Origin: an uncultured Rikenellaceae bacterium
GTDB taxonomy: Bacteria > Bacteroidota > Bacteroidia > Bacteroidales > VadinHA17
Length of the DNA: 64,000 nucleotides
Assembly (NCBI GenBank): GCA_964421975.1
Contig: CAYQZL010000003.1
Coordinates: 1,310-65,309, forward strand
Direction of reading: 5' to 3'
Under the pieces are notes generated by a model. That model searched no databases. It saw nothing but the letters and a program-made list of their open reading frames with translations, and had not been told where the DNA came from. Shown one piece after another: positions 29,522 through 39,578 of the stretch. Positions within the stretch are counted from its first letter, which is position 1; each line of letters begins with the position of its first letter. The position numbers and the translations under genes are program-made.

Positions 29522-29529
29522 CAAATATA
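29522..29529 (-). promoter_or_regulatory. Candidate -7 box (TATATTTG on the minus strand) for the arsM-rSAM operon, followed by a leader inverted repeat (29471-29479 / 29504-29513)
   Basis: TAnnTTTG match 68 nt upstream of the arsM ATG. TTGTAACGG ... CCGGTTACAA arms are separated by 24 nt within the leader. Confidence 0.3.
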
Positions 29530-29591
29530 GAAAGAAAATTATATAAATCGCAATAGTATCACCTAAATCTTTTTGATATCACTATTTGTCT

Positions 29592-29599
29592 TATCTTTG
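29592..29599 (+). promoter_or_regulatory. Candidate -7 box TATCTTTG for the divergent zinc-ribbon gene
   Basis: TAnnTTTG match 20 nt upstream of the ATG at 29619. Confidence 0.3.
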
Positions 29600-29618
29600 T
29601 TGTCAGAATCTTTAATGG

Positions 29619-30056
29619 ATGGAGGTAATTTTCAAAAAAGAACTGTCAGAAAAACAGCTTGAAGAGCTTTTCAGAAGTGATGATAAATGTCTCCAGTTCC
29701 TTGCAGAAATAAAATGGGAGATGGGATTTGTTTGCAGGAAATGCGGTAACGATAATTTCTGTCATGGTAAAACCCCATATGCACGCAGATGTACAAGATG
29801 CAAATCTGAAGAATCGGCAACGGCCGGGACAATATTTCATAATTGCAAATTCCCTCTCCACAAAGCATTCTACATAGCCTACAATGTTTGCAAGGGGAAA
29901 GAAGATGTTTCGACCTATGAGTTTGCCCGGAGATTATCTCTCCGGCAGATGACCTGTTGGAATTTTAAGACAAAGATTTACCATGCGCTTCAGCAGATGG
30001 AATCCCTTACTGAGAATGAAAGGTTGTCCATTCAGAAGATTTTCAGACAGGATTAA
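29619..30056 (+). CDS. Stand-alone IS1595-type transposase zinc-ribbon/HTH module with no DDE domain
   Basis: FLAEIKWEMGFVCRKCGNDNFCHGK...RCTRCKSE matches the Zn_Tnp_IS1595-like CxxC...CxxC ribbon. The ORF ends inside the next gene's stop region, so no room is left for a DDE domain. Confidence 0.6.
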   Translation: MEVIFKKELSEKQLEELFRSDDKCLQFLAEIKWEMGFVCRKCGNDNFCHGKTPYARRCTRCKSEESATAGTIFHNCKFPLHKAFYIAYNVCKGKEDVSTYEFARRLSLRQMTCWNFKTKIYHALQQMESLTENERLSIQKIFRQD

Positions 30057-30454
30057 CCGGTGACTGTTTTTACTATTTCGAGGGTCTCATCTGATGCAGC
30101 TTTCATGACTTCTGCAATTTTATCAGGCTGCCCGGCTGACAATTCTGCACCATTAATAAGTGCGGTGTAGCTTTTCCCGTCATCCTTTACATAAACTGAT
30201 ATACGGCACGGCATCATAACGGACATTATCCGTTCATGATTTAGTTCAAGCATCTGTCCCGAATATTCAGGTTTGCATATCTCGATAACTTTTACGGGTT
30301 TGACTGTTTTTCCCGAGTTAGCCAGAGATTGCTGCAGGTCATGGGTTGCGGGTACTTTCCATTCCCTTCTTTCAGCTTCCTTTACAAGTTTGTCAACTGT
30401 CTGGTCAAAGTCATACCTGCTGACCTGTTCAATGATGAAATTAGTTTTACTCAT
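30053..30454 (-). CDS. DUF302 domain protein
   Basis: Size (133 aa) and N-terminal SRYDFDQTVDKLVKEAE pattern fit DUF302. Confidence 0.55.
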   Translation of the reverse strand: MSKTNFIIEQVSRYDFDQTVDKLVKEAERREWKVPATHDLQQSLANSGKTVKPVKVIEICKPEYSGQMLELNHERIMSVMMPCRISVYVKDDGKSYTALINGAELSAGQPDKIAEVMKAASDETLEIVKTVTG

Positions 30455-30531
30455 ATCCGGTTTGTCTTAGATCCAAAGTATATTTAAATTCCTGTCATAA
30501 AGATATCCTATTTCTTCAAATTAGTAATTTA

Positions 30532-30963
30532 TCAATCCCAGACAAAGCGCCAGTTACCATCCGCTTGTCTTTTCCATACGGTATGAAAGATACCGGACGA
30601 TTCGATAATTTTTCCTGTACTGTCAGGCACCATATGAGTGTATTTACCCCAGGTATATCCGAGATCTCCTGATGCATCTGCATGATCCGGAGCCCAAAGG
30701 AGCCTTGTCCCGGACTTCAGGTTCTTAAGATAATAATCCCTTATTGCCTCTTTTCCCCTTACCAGCTTTCCTCCGCGGAGGATAACGGCACTGTCGGCAG
30801 CAAAATGGTAAAATGCTTCAGCAATGCCACGTTCACCAGCCATTGCAACGAATTCAAGCTCGGTGCTTATAATGCTTTGCCTGTCTTTGCCTGCCTTCGT
30901 TCTGCAGGAGATAGTTATCAGGGAAACGGAAAGTGTGATAAAAAGGATTGTTAAAAATCTCAT
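30532..30963 (-). CDS. DUF4440/SnoaL-like (NTF2 fold) protein, secreted
   Basis: Signal peptide and a C-terminal WKRQADGNWRFVWD pattern. Confidence 0.6.
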   Translation of the reverse strand: MRFLTILFITLSVSLITISCRTKAGKDRQSIISTELEFVAMAGERGIAEAFYHFAADSAVILRGGKLVRGKEAIRDYYLKNLKSGTRLLWAPDHADASGDLGYTWGKYTHMVPDSTGKIIESSGIFHTVWKRQADGNWRFVWD

Positions 30964-31158
30964 AGCCCGTAAAGTTTCAGAAAGTATAAAAATAATTAAT
31001 AATTATCAGTTGCTTAGTGAGCTCTTATGTAATCTGAATGAAAAATGGCAGGAATCTTTGCTGAACATATATAAACACCCTATTTTTGACATAAATCCAT
31101 TTGTATCCTTCGTACCTGCCTTGGCTTCGGACAGGGTAAGATATTAATAAACCACAGA

Positions 31159-32925
31159 ATGAAAATTATATGGAAGTACCTGAAACCATTCAGGAACTGG
31201 CTTTTTCTGGCGATGGGACTTGCAGCTGTTGCACAGGTCCTGGAGTTGATTGATCCTATCATTTTCGGAAAGATAATCGACAATTTTGCGGTCAATACTG
31301 ATGGCCGGAGCCAGGAACAGCTGGTAAGGGGAGTGCTCAGACTTCTGGCTCTGGCAATTGGCATTGCATTGCTTGCCAGGCTGGCGCATGCTTTTACTGA
31401 CTATTTCACACGTCTGGTAGTCCAGAAATTCGGTCTTTCGGTTTTCGATGAAGGATTGAAACATACTCTTCGTCTTCCTTACAGTGAGTTTGAAGAGACG
31501 AGCAGCGGACATCTGTTGTCATTACTGCAGAAGGTCCGTAATGACAATGAAAGGTTTATAAACTCTTTTATTTCGTCTTTGTTTTCAGCACTTGTAGGGG
31601 TATCGTTCCTTATCTGGTATGCAATAACAAAGCATTGGGCGCTGATACCTGTTTTTCTGATCGGGGTGGTCTGGCTTGGAGGACTGACCGGATTGCTGAG
31701 CCGTAAAATTAAAACCATTCAACGCTCAGTTATTCAGGAAACAAATAAAATGAGCGGATCAATTACCGAATCGCTCAGGAACATTGAATTTGTAAAAAGC
31801 ATGGGTCTTACCTGGCCGGAGATTAAGAGACTCAGGACATTTACAGGTAATATTTTCAATCTTGAGATGAAGAAGGTTAAAAAGATAAGGACTCTTTCTT
31901 TCCTTCAGAGATCAGTGTTGCTCATTCTCAAGGAATCAATATTGTTCATTCTTTTATGGCTCATATTCAGGCATTTGTTAACAACAGGAGAACTGATCGC
32001 GATGCAATTTATCTCCACCCGGATCATGTTCCCCCTGCAGGAGCTTGGATCTATAATACTGGCATATCGGGAAGCAGAAGCATCTCTTCAGATCTTCAGT
32101 GGTCTTATGAAAAAGGAGACTGAATACAGGCCTGAAGAACCGGTCGATATCGGTGATATTGAGAACCTGCGTTTTGAAAATGTCAGTTTCCGTTACCGTA
32201 AAGCAGATCATGATGCAATTGAGAATCTTTCATTCAATGTCAGCTTAGGTGAGACTATTGCTTTTGTTGGTCCTTCGGGTTGCGGTAAATCGACACTGGT
32301 CAAGCTGCTGGTAGGTCTGTATCCTCCCACCAGAGGGAATATTTATTTTGATGATATACCGGCTAAGGATATAAGATATAACAGGATGAGACGGCAGTTA
32401 GGTTTTGTTACACAGGATACCCAGCTTTTTTCCGGGTCAATCCGAGCAAACCTTCAGTTTGTAAAACCCGATGCATCTGACGAAGAGATTCTGGAAGCAC
32501 TGAGAAAGGCATCTTCGCTTAAGATTGTTGACGGATCTCCGGATGGCCTGGATACAATTCTGGGTGAAGGAGGCAAGATGGTCTCGGGTGGTGAAAAACA
32601 ACGGCTGGCTATCGCAAGGGCTCTGGTACGTAATCCGAAAGTACTGATCTTTGATGAGGCCACATCTGCACTTGACTCTCTGACTGAAGAACAAATTACC
32701 GATACACTCAGGGAAATTTCGGCAGGTAAAAAACAGATCATTCTGATGATTGCACACCGCCTGTCAACCATTATGCATGCCGACCGGATCTATGTCCTGG
32801 AAAAAGGAAAGATAGTTGAAGAGGGAAGCCAAGATACACTTCTGGAGCACAAAGGGCTATATTATGCCATGTGGAGGCAGCAGATAGGTGAACGCGAATC
32901 TGTTTCACGTTATGCCGTTTTATGA
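31159..32925 (+). CDS. ABC exporter, fused permease/ATPase (MsbA-like)
   Basis: Six-TM N-terminal half, then GPSGCGKST, VSGGEKQRLAIAR and LIFDEATSALD. Confidence 0.9.
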   Translation: MKIIWKYLKPFRNWLFLAMGLAAVAQVLELIDPIIFGKIIDNFAVNTDGRSQEQLVRGVLRLLALAIGIALLARLAHAFTDYFTRLVVQKFGLSVFDEGLKHTLRLPYSEFEETSSGHLLSLLQKVRNDNERFINSFISSLFSALVGVSFLIWYAITKHWALIPVFLIGVVWLGGLTGLLSRKIKTIQRSVIQETNKMSGSITESLRNIEFVKSMGLTWPEIKRLRTFTGNIFNLEMKKVKKIRTLSFLQRSVLLILKESILFILLWLIFRHLLTTGELIAMQFISTRIMFPLQELGSIILAYREAEASLQIFSGLMKKETEYRPEEPVDIGDIENLRFENVSFRYRKADHDAIENLSFNVSLGETIAFVGPSGCGKSTLVKLLVGLYPPTRGNIYFDDIPAKDIRYNRMRRQLGFVTQDTQLFSGSIRANLQFVKPDASDEEILEALRKASSLKIVDGSPDGLDTILGEGGKMVSGGEKQRLAIARALVRNPKVLIFDEATSALDSLTEEQITDTLREISAGKKQIILMIAHRLSTIMHADRIYVLEKGKIVEEGSQDTLLEHKGLYYAMWRQQIGERESVSRYAVL

Positions 32926-32943
32926 TTTCCGGAATTATATGTT

Positions 32944-33822
32944 TTATTTCTTTAGTTCCTCAAATCCTTTCCCATATACACCCATTACGTTTGCTACGGT
33001 AATAAAGGCCTCGTTATCAATGCTTTTTATGATCCTGTAAACATCGCTTGCTTCATGTTTTCTTATCATGGTTATTATAACCTTCTGGCTTTCCTTGGTG
33101 TACCAGCCTGTGCCGTCGAGAACTGTTACTCCCCTGTGCATCCTGGTCGTTATCTCATCAGCTATCTTTTCAAAATGCCTTGAGAATATGAACATCTGTA
33201 CGGACTGTCTGTTGCCCGTGAGTATTGAATCAAGGGTATAAGCCTGTATTGCCATTGTTACGAAACCGTAGACCATAGTCTCCACCCGTTGTGCAGATTC
33301 AAGGTGGGTTAAAATAAGATATGAAGAACTTATAATAATAACATCACAGTATAGTATTATTCTTCCGGGGCTGATATTGCGGTATTTATTAATTACAAGG
33401 GCTATTATATCTGTTCCGCCGGTACTTCCTCCCTGTGTGAAAACTATACCCAGACCCGTACCGCAAAGTATCCCGCCTATTATGGCTGACATGAACTTTT
33501 CCTGTACCACAGGAGCGGGAATGAGCGGCTGCAATATCGTAAGCATGGTTGCAGAAAGCGCTACGCCGTAAATTGTTTTGATACCGAAGCTGGTCCCAAG
33601 GCTTTTTAGAGCAATAATCATAAGGAGCACGTTAATGGCGAAGTAGGTATATCCCATAGGAATACCTGTGGCGTAGAAGACGATCGCGCCAATACCTGTA
33701 ACACCGCTTCCCGATATCTGGTGTGGCAGAAGAAAAGCTGTCCATGCCACCGATAATACAAGCAAACCGAACGCTATCATAAAATAGGTCCTGACATTGT
33801 CAATGATTGTTCGAAGTGCCAT
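32944..33822 (-). CDS. YitT-family membrane protein (DUF2179 C-terminal domain)
   Basis: Polytopic N-terminus with GGSTGGTDI and a C-terminal DUF2179-like segment. Confidence 0.75.
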   Translation of the reverse strand: MALRTIIDNVRTYFMIAFGLLVLSVAWTAFLLPHQISGSGVTGIGAIVFYATGIPMGYTYFAINVLLMIIALKSLGTSFGIKTIYGVALSATMLTILQPLIPAPVVQEKFMSAIIGGILCGTGLGIVFTQGGSTGGTDIIALVINKYRNISPGRIILYCDVIIISSSYLILTHLESAQRVETMVYGFVTMAIQAYTLDSILTGNRQSVQMFIFSRHFEKIADEITTRMHRGVTVLDGTGWYTKESQKVIITMIRKHEASDVYRIIKSIDNEAFITVANVMGVYGKGFEELKK

Positions 33823-34079
33823 AATTCACTTTTAATTTGTTCACAAAAGTATATTGAAGGTGTTACACTTCCTAAAAGAAACTTCTGGTTAATCTTTATA
33901 AATCCGGAATTCAGGATTTGTGAATCCGTAACGAGGGAGAATAACCAGATTACTTCAGGGGCATTCCCCTAAGGCGAACGGATTTAAATTGTACAAATCA
34001 TAAGTAAATACCCGGAAGTTTTTAGCTTTCTGATGTCAAAGAATAACTCTGTTTGACTGACCGGATAAAATATTATGAC

Positions 34080-36203
34080 TTAATTATTGCTTTGATCTGA
34101 AACAGCTTTTTTTGCTTCCAGAATATCATTCTGTAGCAGTCTCAGGTATCCGGAATATTTACTGTCAACCTCTTCAAGAATATCCAGGGCTTCATGATGT
34201 TTACCAAGCTTATTTAATGCCACACCCTTTACCCATAATAAGGATATGTTGTCCGGAAATTTGTTAAGACCCTCCTGAGCCAGTTTCAAACCTTCTTTGA
34301 TACCAATGCCCGACCTGACCAATAATCTTGCAAGGTCACGGATCCTGTTGGGATTATCGGGATTGAGAATATAAGCTCTCCTGAAATGCCTGGCGGCATT
34401 AAGAGTGTCCTTACCGTGAACATACATTTTCCCGATTGCCCATTCCTCAGATGATTCAGGTAAATTAGCCTTCTTACAGGCTGCCCTGATCTCATAAATG
34501 ATCTCTGAAACTGAGTTTGTATCTTCTGACATAACATAGCCGCTTCCCTTATAAATCAGACATATTCTGTTATCAGGATTGATTTTTAGTCCTGATTCAC
34601 TGATCCTTTTTACTTCTGCAGGCAGACCGGCCATTAATAAAACATCACAGTAATCGTTATAATACCTGTCATATTTCCATTCGCTGCCCCTTTTATTGCT
34701 GATTTCTTCAACTTTCCGGAATGCCGCAACAGCCTTGTCATACTGATGTAAAGCTTCATTATAAGTAACTCCCAGATCAAGCCATAATAACCGGGATTCT
34801 ATTTCAGACTCTTCAAGCAGTCTGCAATTCCGGATTATATCCTCCTGATTTTCACTTATCAGACAGGCATACCACAGAGCAACCCAGTTTTGATATTTCA
34901 AAGGGAGCCTGTCCTTATTTTTAAAAGCTTTTTCAGTCCAGATCATTGATTTTGTATATCCAGGATCCAGATTGCTGAAATTATATGCAAATGCCAGATA
35001 AAACGAAGCAAAAGTAAATGTTGAATCAATTTCCACTGATTTTGTCAGAGAATTAATGGCAGACTCATAATCAGAAGCCAGTATCATATTCATTCCTTCA
35101 ATGAAATGTCTGTAGGCCTCTACTTTATTCGGGTATACTTCCTGAAAATCATTATCTGTCTTCTGGCTTATTGCCCTGGTTTCCAGGAAATTTTTTACTT
35201 CATCACATAAAGAATCCACCAGATAGAGATATTCTGAAGATCTCAGATCACCTTCCACTCGCTGAGTCCATATTATTTCACCGTTTAATGTATGATATAG
35301 ATTTGCCAGGATCCGGAATATTCCATCCATTCCGTGAATGCTGCCTGATAAATAAATTTCGGCTCCGGCTTTTTTTGCCACTTCTTTCGCCATGGCTGGT
35401 AAAAGGGAGGCTGTGAAAACCTGATCCATGCTTTCCATAACATCATACATCGTCTGGTCATCACTTACAGCCAGTTCCGGTGAATTGCCAAGACCATTTA
35501 TTATCAGAGAAGAGATGCCTCTTTGAAACCAGTTAAGTGAGGAATCACCAGTAAGGTTTTCAAAAGGTAATACAGCTATTGACATTTTTGTACTTATATC
35601 TTTGGCAATATTTGCTTTATCTGCAGGGAGATCCTTTAGTAAAATATATAGGATCAGTGTTATTACTGATGCTACTATCCCTGAGATCGTCAGTAATCTG
35701 TAATTTTTATATTGTGAAGGTTTTCCCGGTGAATATTTTCTTAGCTCTTTGATGGTTCTCTCCCGGATTTCCATGTTAACATTTCCTTCCTTCAATCTAT
35801 ATGGTCGGTCGTCTATATATCCCAGATACCACCTGATAATAATACCAAGATTGATAAGGACCGGCTTCACCTGTGCAGGATCAAAATCCTTAGGATGGGT
35901 TCCAAAAGTCGATAAATTATTCAGACCATGCATTGAGGCTATTATATTTGACGGGACCATTTCTTCCTTATTCAGCTTATCAATAATCCCCTGTAGTGGT
36001 TCCGTTTTCCGGGATCTTCTAAGTTCATTCTCACAAAGGTCAGTAATGATAACCTCCAGGCATCTCCTTGAATAGAGCATAAGAACATTAGGATCCTCAC
36101 TCCTGAATAACTGATACAGTTCCTTCTCCAGAACGGGTAATTGTTCCCGGAAGGATTCATGGAGTTTTCTTAATTCCTTTATTTCAGATGACCAGATAAT
36201 CAT
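34080..36203 (-). CDS. DUF4145-like N-terminal domain / single TM / TolB_N-like segment / TPR-repeat protein (paralog A)
   Basis: The N-terminal ~130 aa are homologous to 54502-56682 and 57132-59318. TM helix near residue 175, the block SIAVLPFENLTGDSS, then TPR-like repeats. Confidence 0.7.
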   Translation of the reverse strand: MIIWSSEIKELRKLHESFREQLPVLEKELYQLFRSEDPNVLMLYSRRCLEVIITDLCENELRRSRKTEPLQGIIDKLNKEEMVPSNIIASMHGLNNLSTFGTHPKDFDPAQVKPVLINLGIIIRWYLGYIDDRPYRLKEGNVNMEIRERTIKELRKYSPGKPSQYKNYRLLTISGIVASVITLILYILLKDLPADKANIAKDISTKMSIAVLPFENLTGDSSLNWFQRGISSLIINGLGNSPELAVSDDQTMYDVMESMDQVFTASLLPAMAKEVAKKAGAEIYLSGSIHGMDGIFRILANLYHTLNGEIIWTQRVEGDLRSSEYLYLVDSLCDEVKNFLETRAISQKTDNDFQEVYPNKVEAYRHFIEGMNMILASDYESAINSLTKSVEIDSTFTFASFYLAFAYNFSNLDPGYTKSMIWTEKAFKNKDRLPLKYQNWVALWYACLISENQEDIIRNCRLLEESEIESRLLWLDLGVTYNEALHQYDKAVAAFRKVEEISNKRGSEWKYDRYYNDYCDVLLMAGLPAEVKRISESGLKINPDNRICLIYKGSGYVMSEDTNSVSEIIYEIRAACKKANLPESSEEWAIGKMYVHGKDTLNAARHFRRAYILNPDNPNRIRDLARLLVRSGIGIKEGLKLAQEGLNKFPDNISLLWVKGVALNKLGKHHEALDILEEVDSKYSGYLRLLQNDILEAKKAVSDQSNN

Positions 36204-36301
36204 TACAAAAGAAATTATTCTGCGTTCCTGAGACTAATAACGAAACCTTCCCCTGCTATCAGTTACTTTGAATATTAATCCCGGAAGTATTTTATCCGGT
36301 T

Positions 36302-36745
36302 TCAGAGAAGCACCCCCAACACTATAATGATATAAAATACAATTGCAGCAATTATTTCCAGGGCAAGGTGCTTTCTCCTGATACTTACAAATGCAGGTGA
36401 TGGTTCTTCTGATGCAGCAGGAGCAAGTCTGAGAAACTCAGGTTCAGTAAGTTTGTCTATAATCAGACCAAGTATCCATACTATTGCAACAAAAATAAGC
36501 TTTACAATCATCAGATTTGAAAGACCATATCCCATAAAAAGCCAGGTAATGCCTGATAAAGTCATCATAATCAATCCCAAAACAAGAATTTTGGTTAAAG
36601 GTTTCACAACCTTAAGGTAGACGGGGAGAAAAGCATTGTCTTTGTTACATTTAAGCAACAAAACGACCTTTGCGGTCGCACAACCTACACCTAGTGCCAG
36701 CCCTGCCAGATGGACCAGCAAAATGATTGTCCATAAAGAAAACAT
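36302..36745 (-). CDS. Hypothetical 4-TM membrane protein
   Basis: Hydrophobic ORF lying between the Rrf2 regulator and paralog A. Confidence 0.5.
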   Translation of the reverse strand: MFSLWTIILLVHLAGLALGVGCATAKVVLLLKCNKDNAFLPVYLKVVKPLTKILVLGLIMMTLSGITWLFMGYGLSNLMIVKLIFVAIVWILGLIIDKLTEPEFLRLAPAASEEPSPAFVSIRRKHLALEIIAAIVFYIIIVLGVLL

Positions 36746-36806
36746 CTTATTATCCCTCCATTAGTTAAAGTTAATATTGGTAAAATACGAGTGCTCATTA
36801 TGATTA

Positions 36807-37241
36807 TTAATGATGTGAATAATATAATTTTCTTTCTTTATGTTCTTTGATCAGATTTTCGAGAGTAAAAGATTCGAAATATTCAGTAATAAGGGTATTC
36901 AAACCTTTCCAGAAATATAAAACCCCGCATGTGTTTTCGAGATCACAGGAATAACTGGCGGAGGTACAATCGACAATATTTATCCCTGGTTCAAAAGCTT
37001 TATAAATATCCAGGATTTTGATTTCCGATGGTTTACGGGTGATCCTGTAGCCGCTTTTTTTCCCTTTCAGGTTTGTTATAAGCCCTGCTGTTTTCAGGTT
37101 GGTGATAATACTGTCAAGGTATTTATTTGAAATCTTCTGGCGTTCCGAAATGTCTTTCTGAAAAACACCGGTTTCAGTTTCCGCAAGAGCAATTTCGAGC
37201 ATTGCCCTTATTCCGTATCTTATTCTTGTATTGAATTTCAC
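36807..37241 (-). CDS. Rrf2-family transcriptional regulator
   Basis: N-terminus TRIRYGIRAMLEIA, a wHTH and C-terminal Cys residues. Confidence 0.8.
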   Translation of the reverse strand: MKFNTRIRYGIRAMLEIALAETETGVFQKDISERQKISNKYLDSIITNLKTAGLITNLKGKKSGYRITRKPSEIKILDIYKAFEPGINIVDCTSASYSCDLENTCGVLYFWKGLNTLITEYFESFTLENLIKEHKERKLYYSHH

Positions 37242-37614
37242 GCAGGCCTTTTATAATTTGAAGCATTAATCGTTTAATTCACAAATATTTAAATGAATCT
37301 TTAAATTATTTCTGATCTGTTTTTGTCGCGTATCCTATAAATCCTACATAATATATAGGGTAAAATTAAGAATTATATTTTAACTGGCAATGATTTCTAT
37401 TAAGAATATTTTGAAATATGGATTATTTATATTTTTTCTAAATAGAACATGATGCCCGGAAATATCAAAGGGAGCAGGTCTGGCTGAGGGCTGGAAGGTC
37501 TGGTTCTCCTGACCATTTGAATCTGTATAATACTGATAAAGGAGTCTGTTACAGGAGGGTGATTATGAGTTTTACTGGAGGATAGAATAGAATTCAATAC
37601 TACCCGGAAGTCCG

Positions 37615-38676
37615 TTAATCAGGGGGCAACAGGTTTATCCTGAATGCTTTGTCCCTGTTACAGATGAGTTTTCCGTCTGCCACTTCAAGTTCAGCTGCCT
37701 GCAGTGCAGTATGCCTGTTTGAAAATGGAGAAATACCATTCACGGGGGGAACTCTTTCGGTAAAAGGATGGGTAAAATAAATTATGTATGCCTTTTCACC
37801 GGAAACAACTACATCTGCATGCTTGCCGATAGTGCCGTCACTGTTCCTGGTCCCGGGCCTGTCAAGTATTTTTCCCTGATATATCCAGCTGTCAAGATTA
37901 TCCGACCTGTAGACATCAAGACCGCTGTTTGGGTCTTTTATCAGCCAGTATGATCCTTTAAAACGGAATGCTTTGGGACCTTCCCCATACAATTTTGAAA
38001 CACCAGGGTCTTCGACCGGTTTCCAGATTTTCAGATCTGTACTCTCAACGGCAAGAGTTTTTGAGCCATTTCCCTCATCTTTATACCACATCCGCCACTT
38101 TTTATCAGGCATACAAATAAGTGTCGCATCAATGCAATAGTCTGAGCTTAAAGGGATCCTCTGTGCGAATTTCCAATTCCACAGGTCATCTGAAGTATAG
38201 TGGAAGATATATCTTTCGCCACCCCATTTTCGATGGGTTTCAGCTGCACCGGGAACATAACTCGGAAAAAGATGAAAAACACCTTTTTCATCAAGAATTA
38301 TATCAGGCGCCCAGAATGAATAAGCACTGTCGGGATGAAAAAGAGGTAAGGTCCCTTTATAAATCCAGGTAAATCCGTTATCCGGAGATTCAGCTACTCC
38401 GATTTCACTGCCATGGCACCATTCAACACCCGGAAGATCAAGCTTGGCTCTCCTCTGGGTGTAGAACATCCACCAGACCTTTAAGGAAGGATTCCATACA
38501 AGAACCGGATCTGCAACACCATCATACACCGGGTCCCGGTACAAAGGTGCTGGTGTACTGGCTGACAGAATTTCAGGATCTGTTACTGTAACTAACCTGA
38601 TTCCTTCCTGGGCCAGATTTTTCCCGCCTGTAAGAAAAATCAACATGACCGGGAATAATATTGTTCTGATTATCAT
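37615..38676 (-). CDS. Secreted five-bladed beta-propeller glycoside hydrolase-like protein (GH43-like)
   Basis: Signal peptide and motifs DPVLVWNP...WWMFYT and FWAPDIILDEKGVFHLF. Assignment to a specific family is uncertain. Confidence 0.5.
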   Translation of the reverse strand: MIIRTILFPVMLIFLTGGKNLAQEGIRLVTVTDPEILSASTPAPLYRDPVYDGVADPVLVWNPSLKVWWMFYTQRRAKLDLPGVEWCHGSEIGVAESPDNGFTWIYKGTLPLFHPDSAYSFWAPDIILDEKGVFHLFPSYVPGAAETHRKWGGERYIFHYTSDDLWNWKFAQRIPLSSDYCIDATLICMPDKKWRMWYKDEGNGSKTLAVESTDLKIWKPVEDPGVSKLYGEGPKAFRFKGSYWLIKDPNSGLDVYRSDNLDSWIYQGKILDRPGTRNSDGTIGKHADVVVSGEKAYIIYFTHPFTERVPPVNGISPFSNRHTALQAAELEVADGKLICNRDKAFRINLLPPD

Positions 38677-39001
38677 ATGTTTAGTAATTTTATTATTGTT
38701 TTTCCTGTATTAATTTCTTCAGTTTCAAGCCTTTTTTGTAACCATTTTTAAGTGGTTATTCAGAATCCGTTTACTGAGATCACATTATACCGGACCGGAT
38801 TGATCTGATGAAATCGGAACCATTCCATTGAATGAAATACAAAAATAGAAATAATATGATGACTGGCTGATTCTTCTTCAATTCTCAGTTCCCAGGGTTA
38901 CTGACGTTTTATTTGACTTCGGCTTTTTATTGGTGTAATTTGCAATTATATTAATAACAATTCAGATTTTTTTGATTATTAAATATTCATCAGCTCAGAA
39001 A

Positions 39002-39544
39002 ATGCAGGAATTACATTTAAATAAAGCATTTATGCTGCTGGAACCCGGCCCGGTTATCCTGGTAACAACAAACTTCAAAGGGAAAAGCAATATAATGACG
39101 ATTTCCTGGCATATGGTTATGGATTTCACTCCCCGGTTTGCATTGATGACAGGAGCATGGAATTATTCTTTTAACGCCCTCATGAAAAACAGGGAGTGTG
39201 TAATAGCTGTACCAACAGTCGATATTTCCAGGACGGTTGTTGAAATCGGAACATGCTCAGGGTCAGATACTGATAAATTCCGGAAGTTTGAGCTAACACC
39301 TCTTAAAGCAACGTCAGTTAAAGCTCCATTGATCAAAGAATGTCTGGCAAATATCGAATGCCATGTTACTGATTATATTGAGAAACATAATATTTTCATT
39401 CTTGATGCGGATCATGCATGGATAGATACTGATCGTAAGGAACGCCGTACAATACATGCTACCGGAGACGGAACTTTTGTTGCTGATGGCCAGAAAGTAA
39501 GTTATAGGAAATTAATGCTTTCAAAGCTTCCTCCGGGAGTATGA
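39002..39544 (+). CDS. Flavin reductase-like FMN-binding protein
   Basis: PGPVILVTT...NIMTISWHM pattern. I prefer the ATG at 39002 over the TTG at 38972. Confidence 0.7.
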   Translation: MQELHLNKAFMLLEPGPVILVTTNFKGKSNIMTISWHMVMDFTPRFALMTGAWNYSFNALMKNRECVIAVPTVDISRTVVEIGTCSGSDTDKFRKFELTPLKATSVKAPLIKECLANIECHVTDYIEKHNIFILDADHAWIDTDRKERRTIHATGDGTFVADGQKVSYRKLMLSKLPPGV

Positions 39545-39578
39545 TTGTTAAATTTATAAACTAACAGATTCATCAGAA

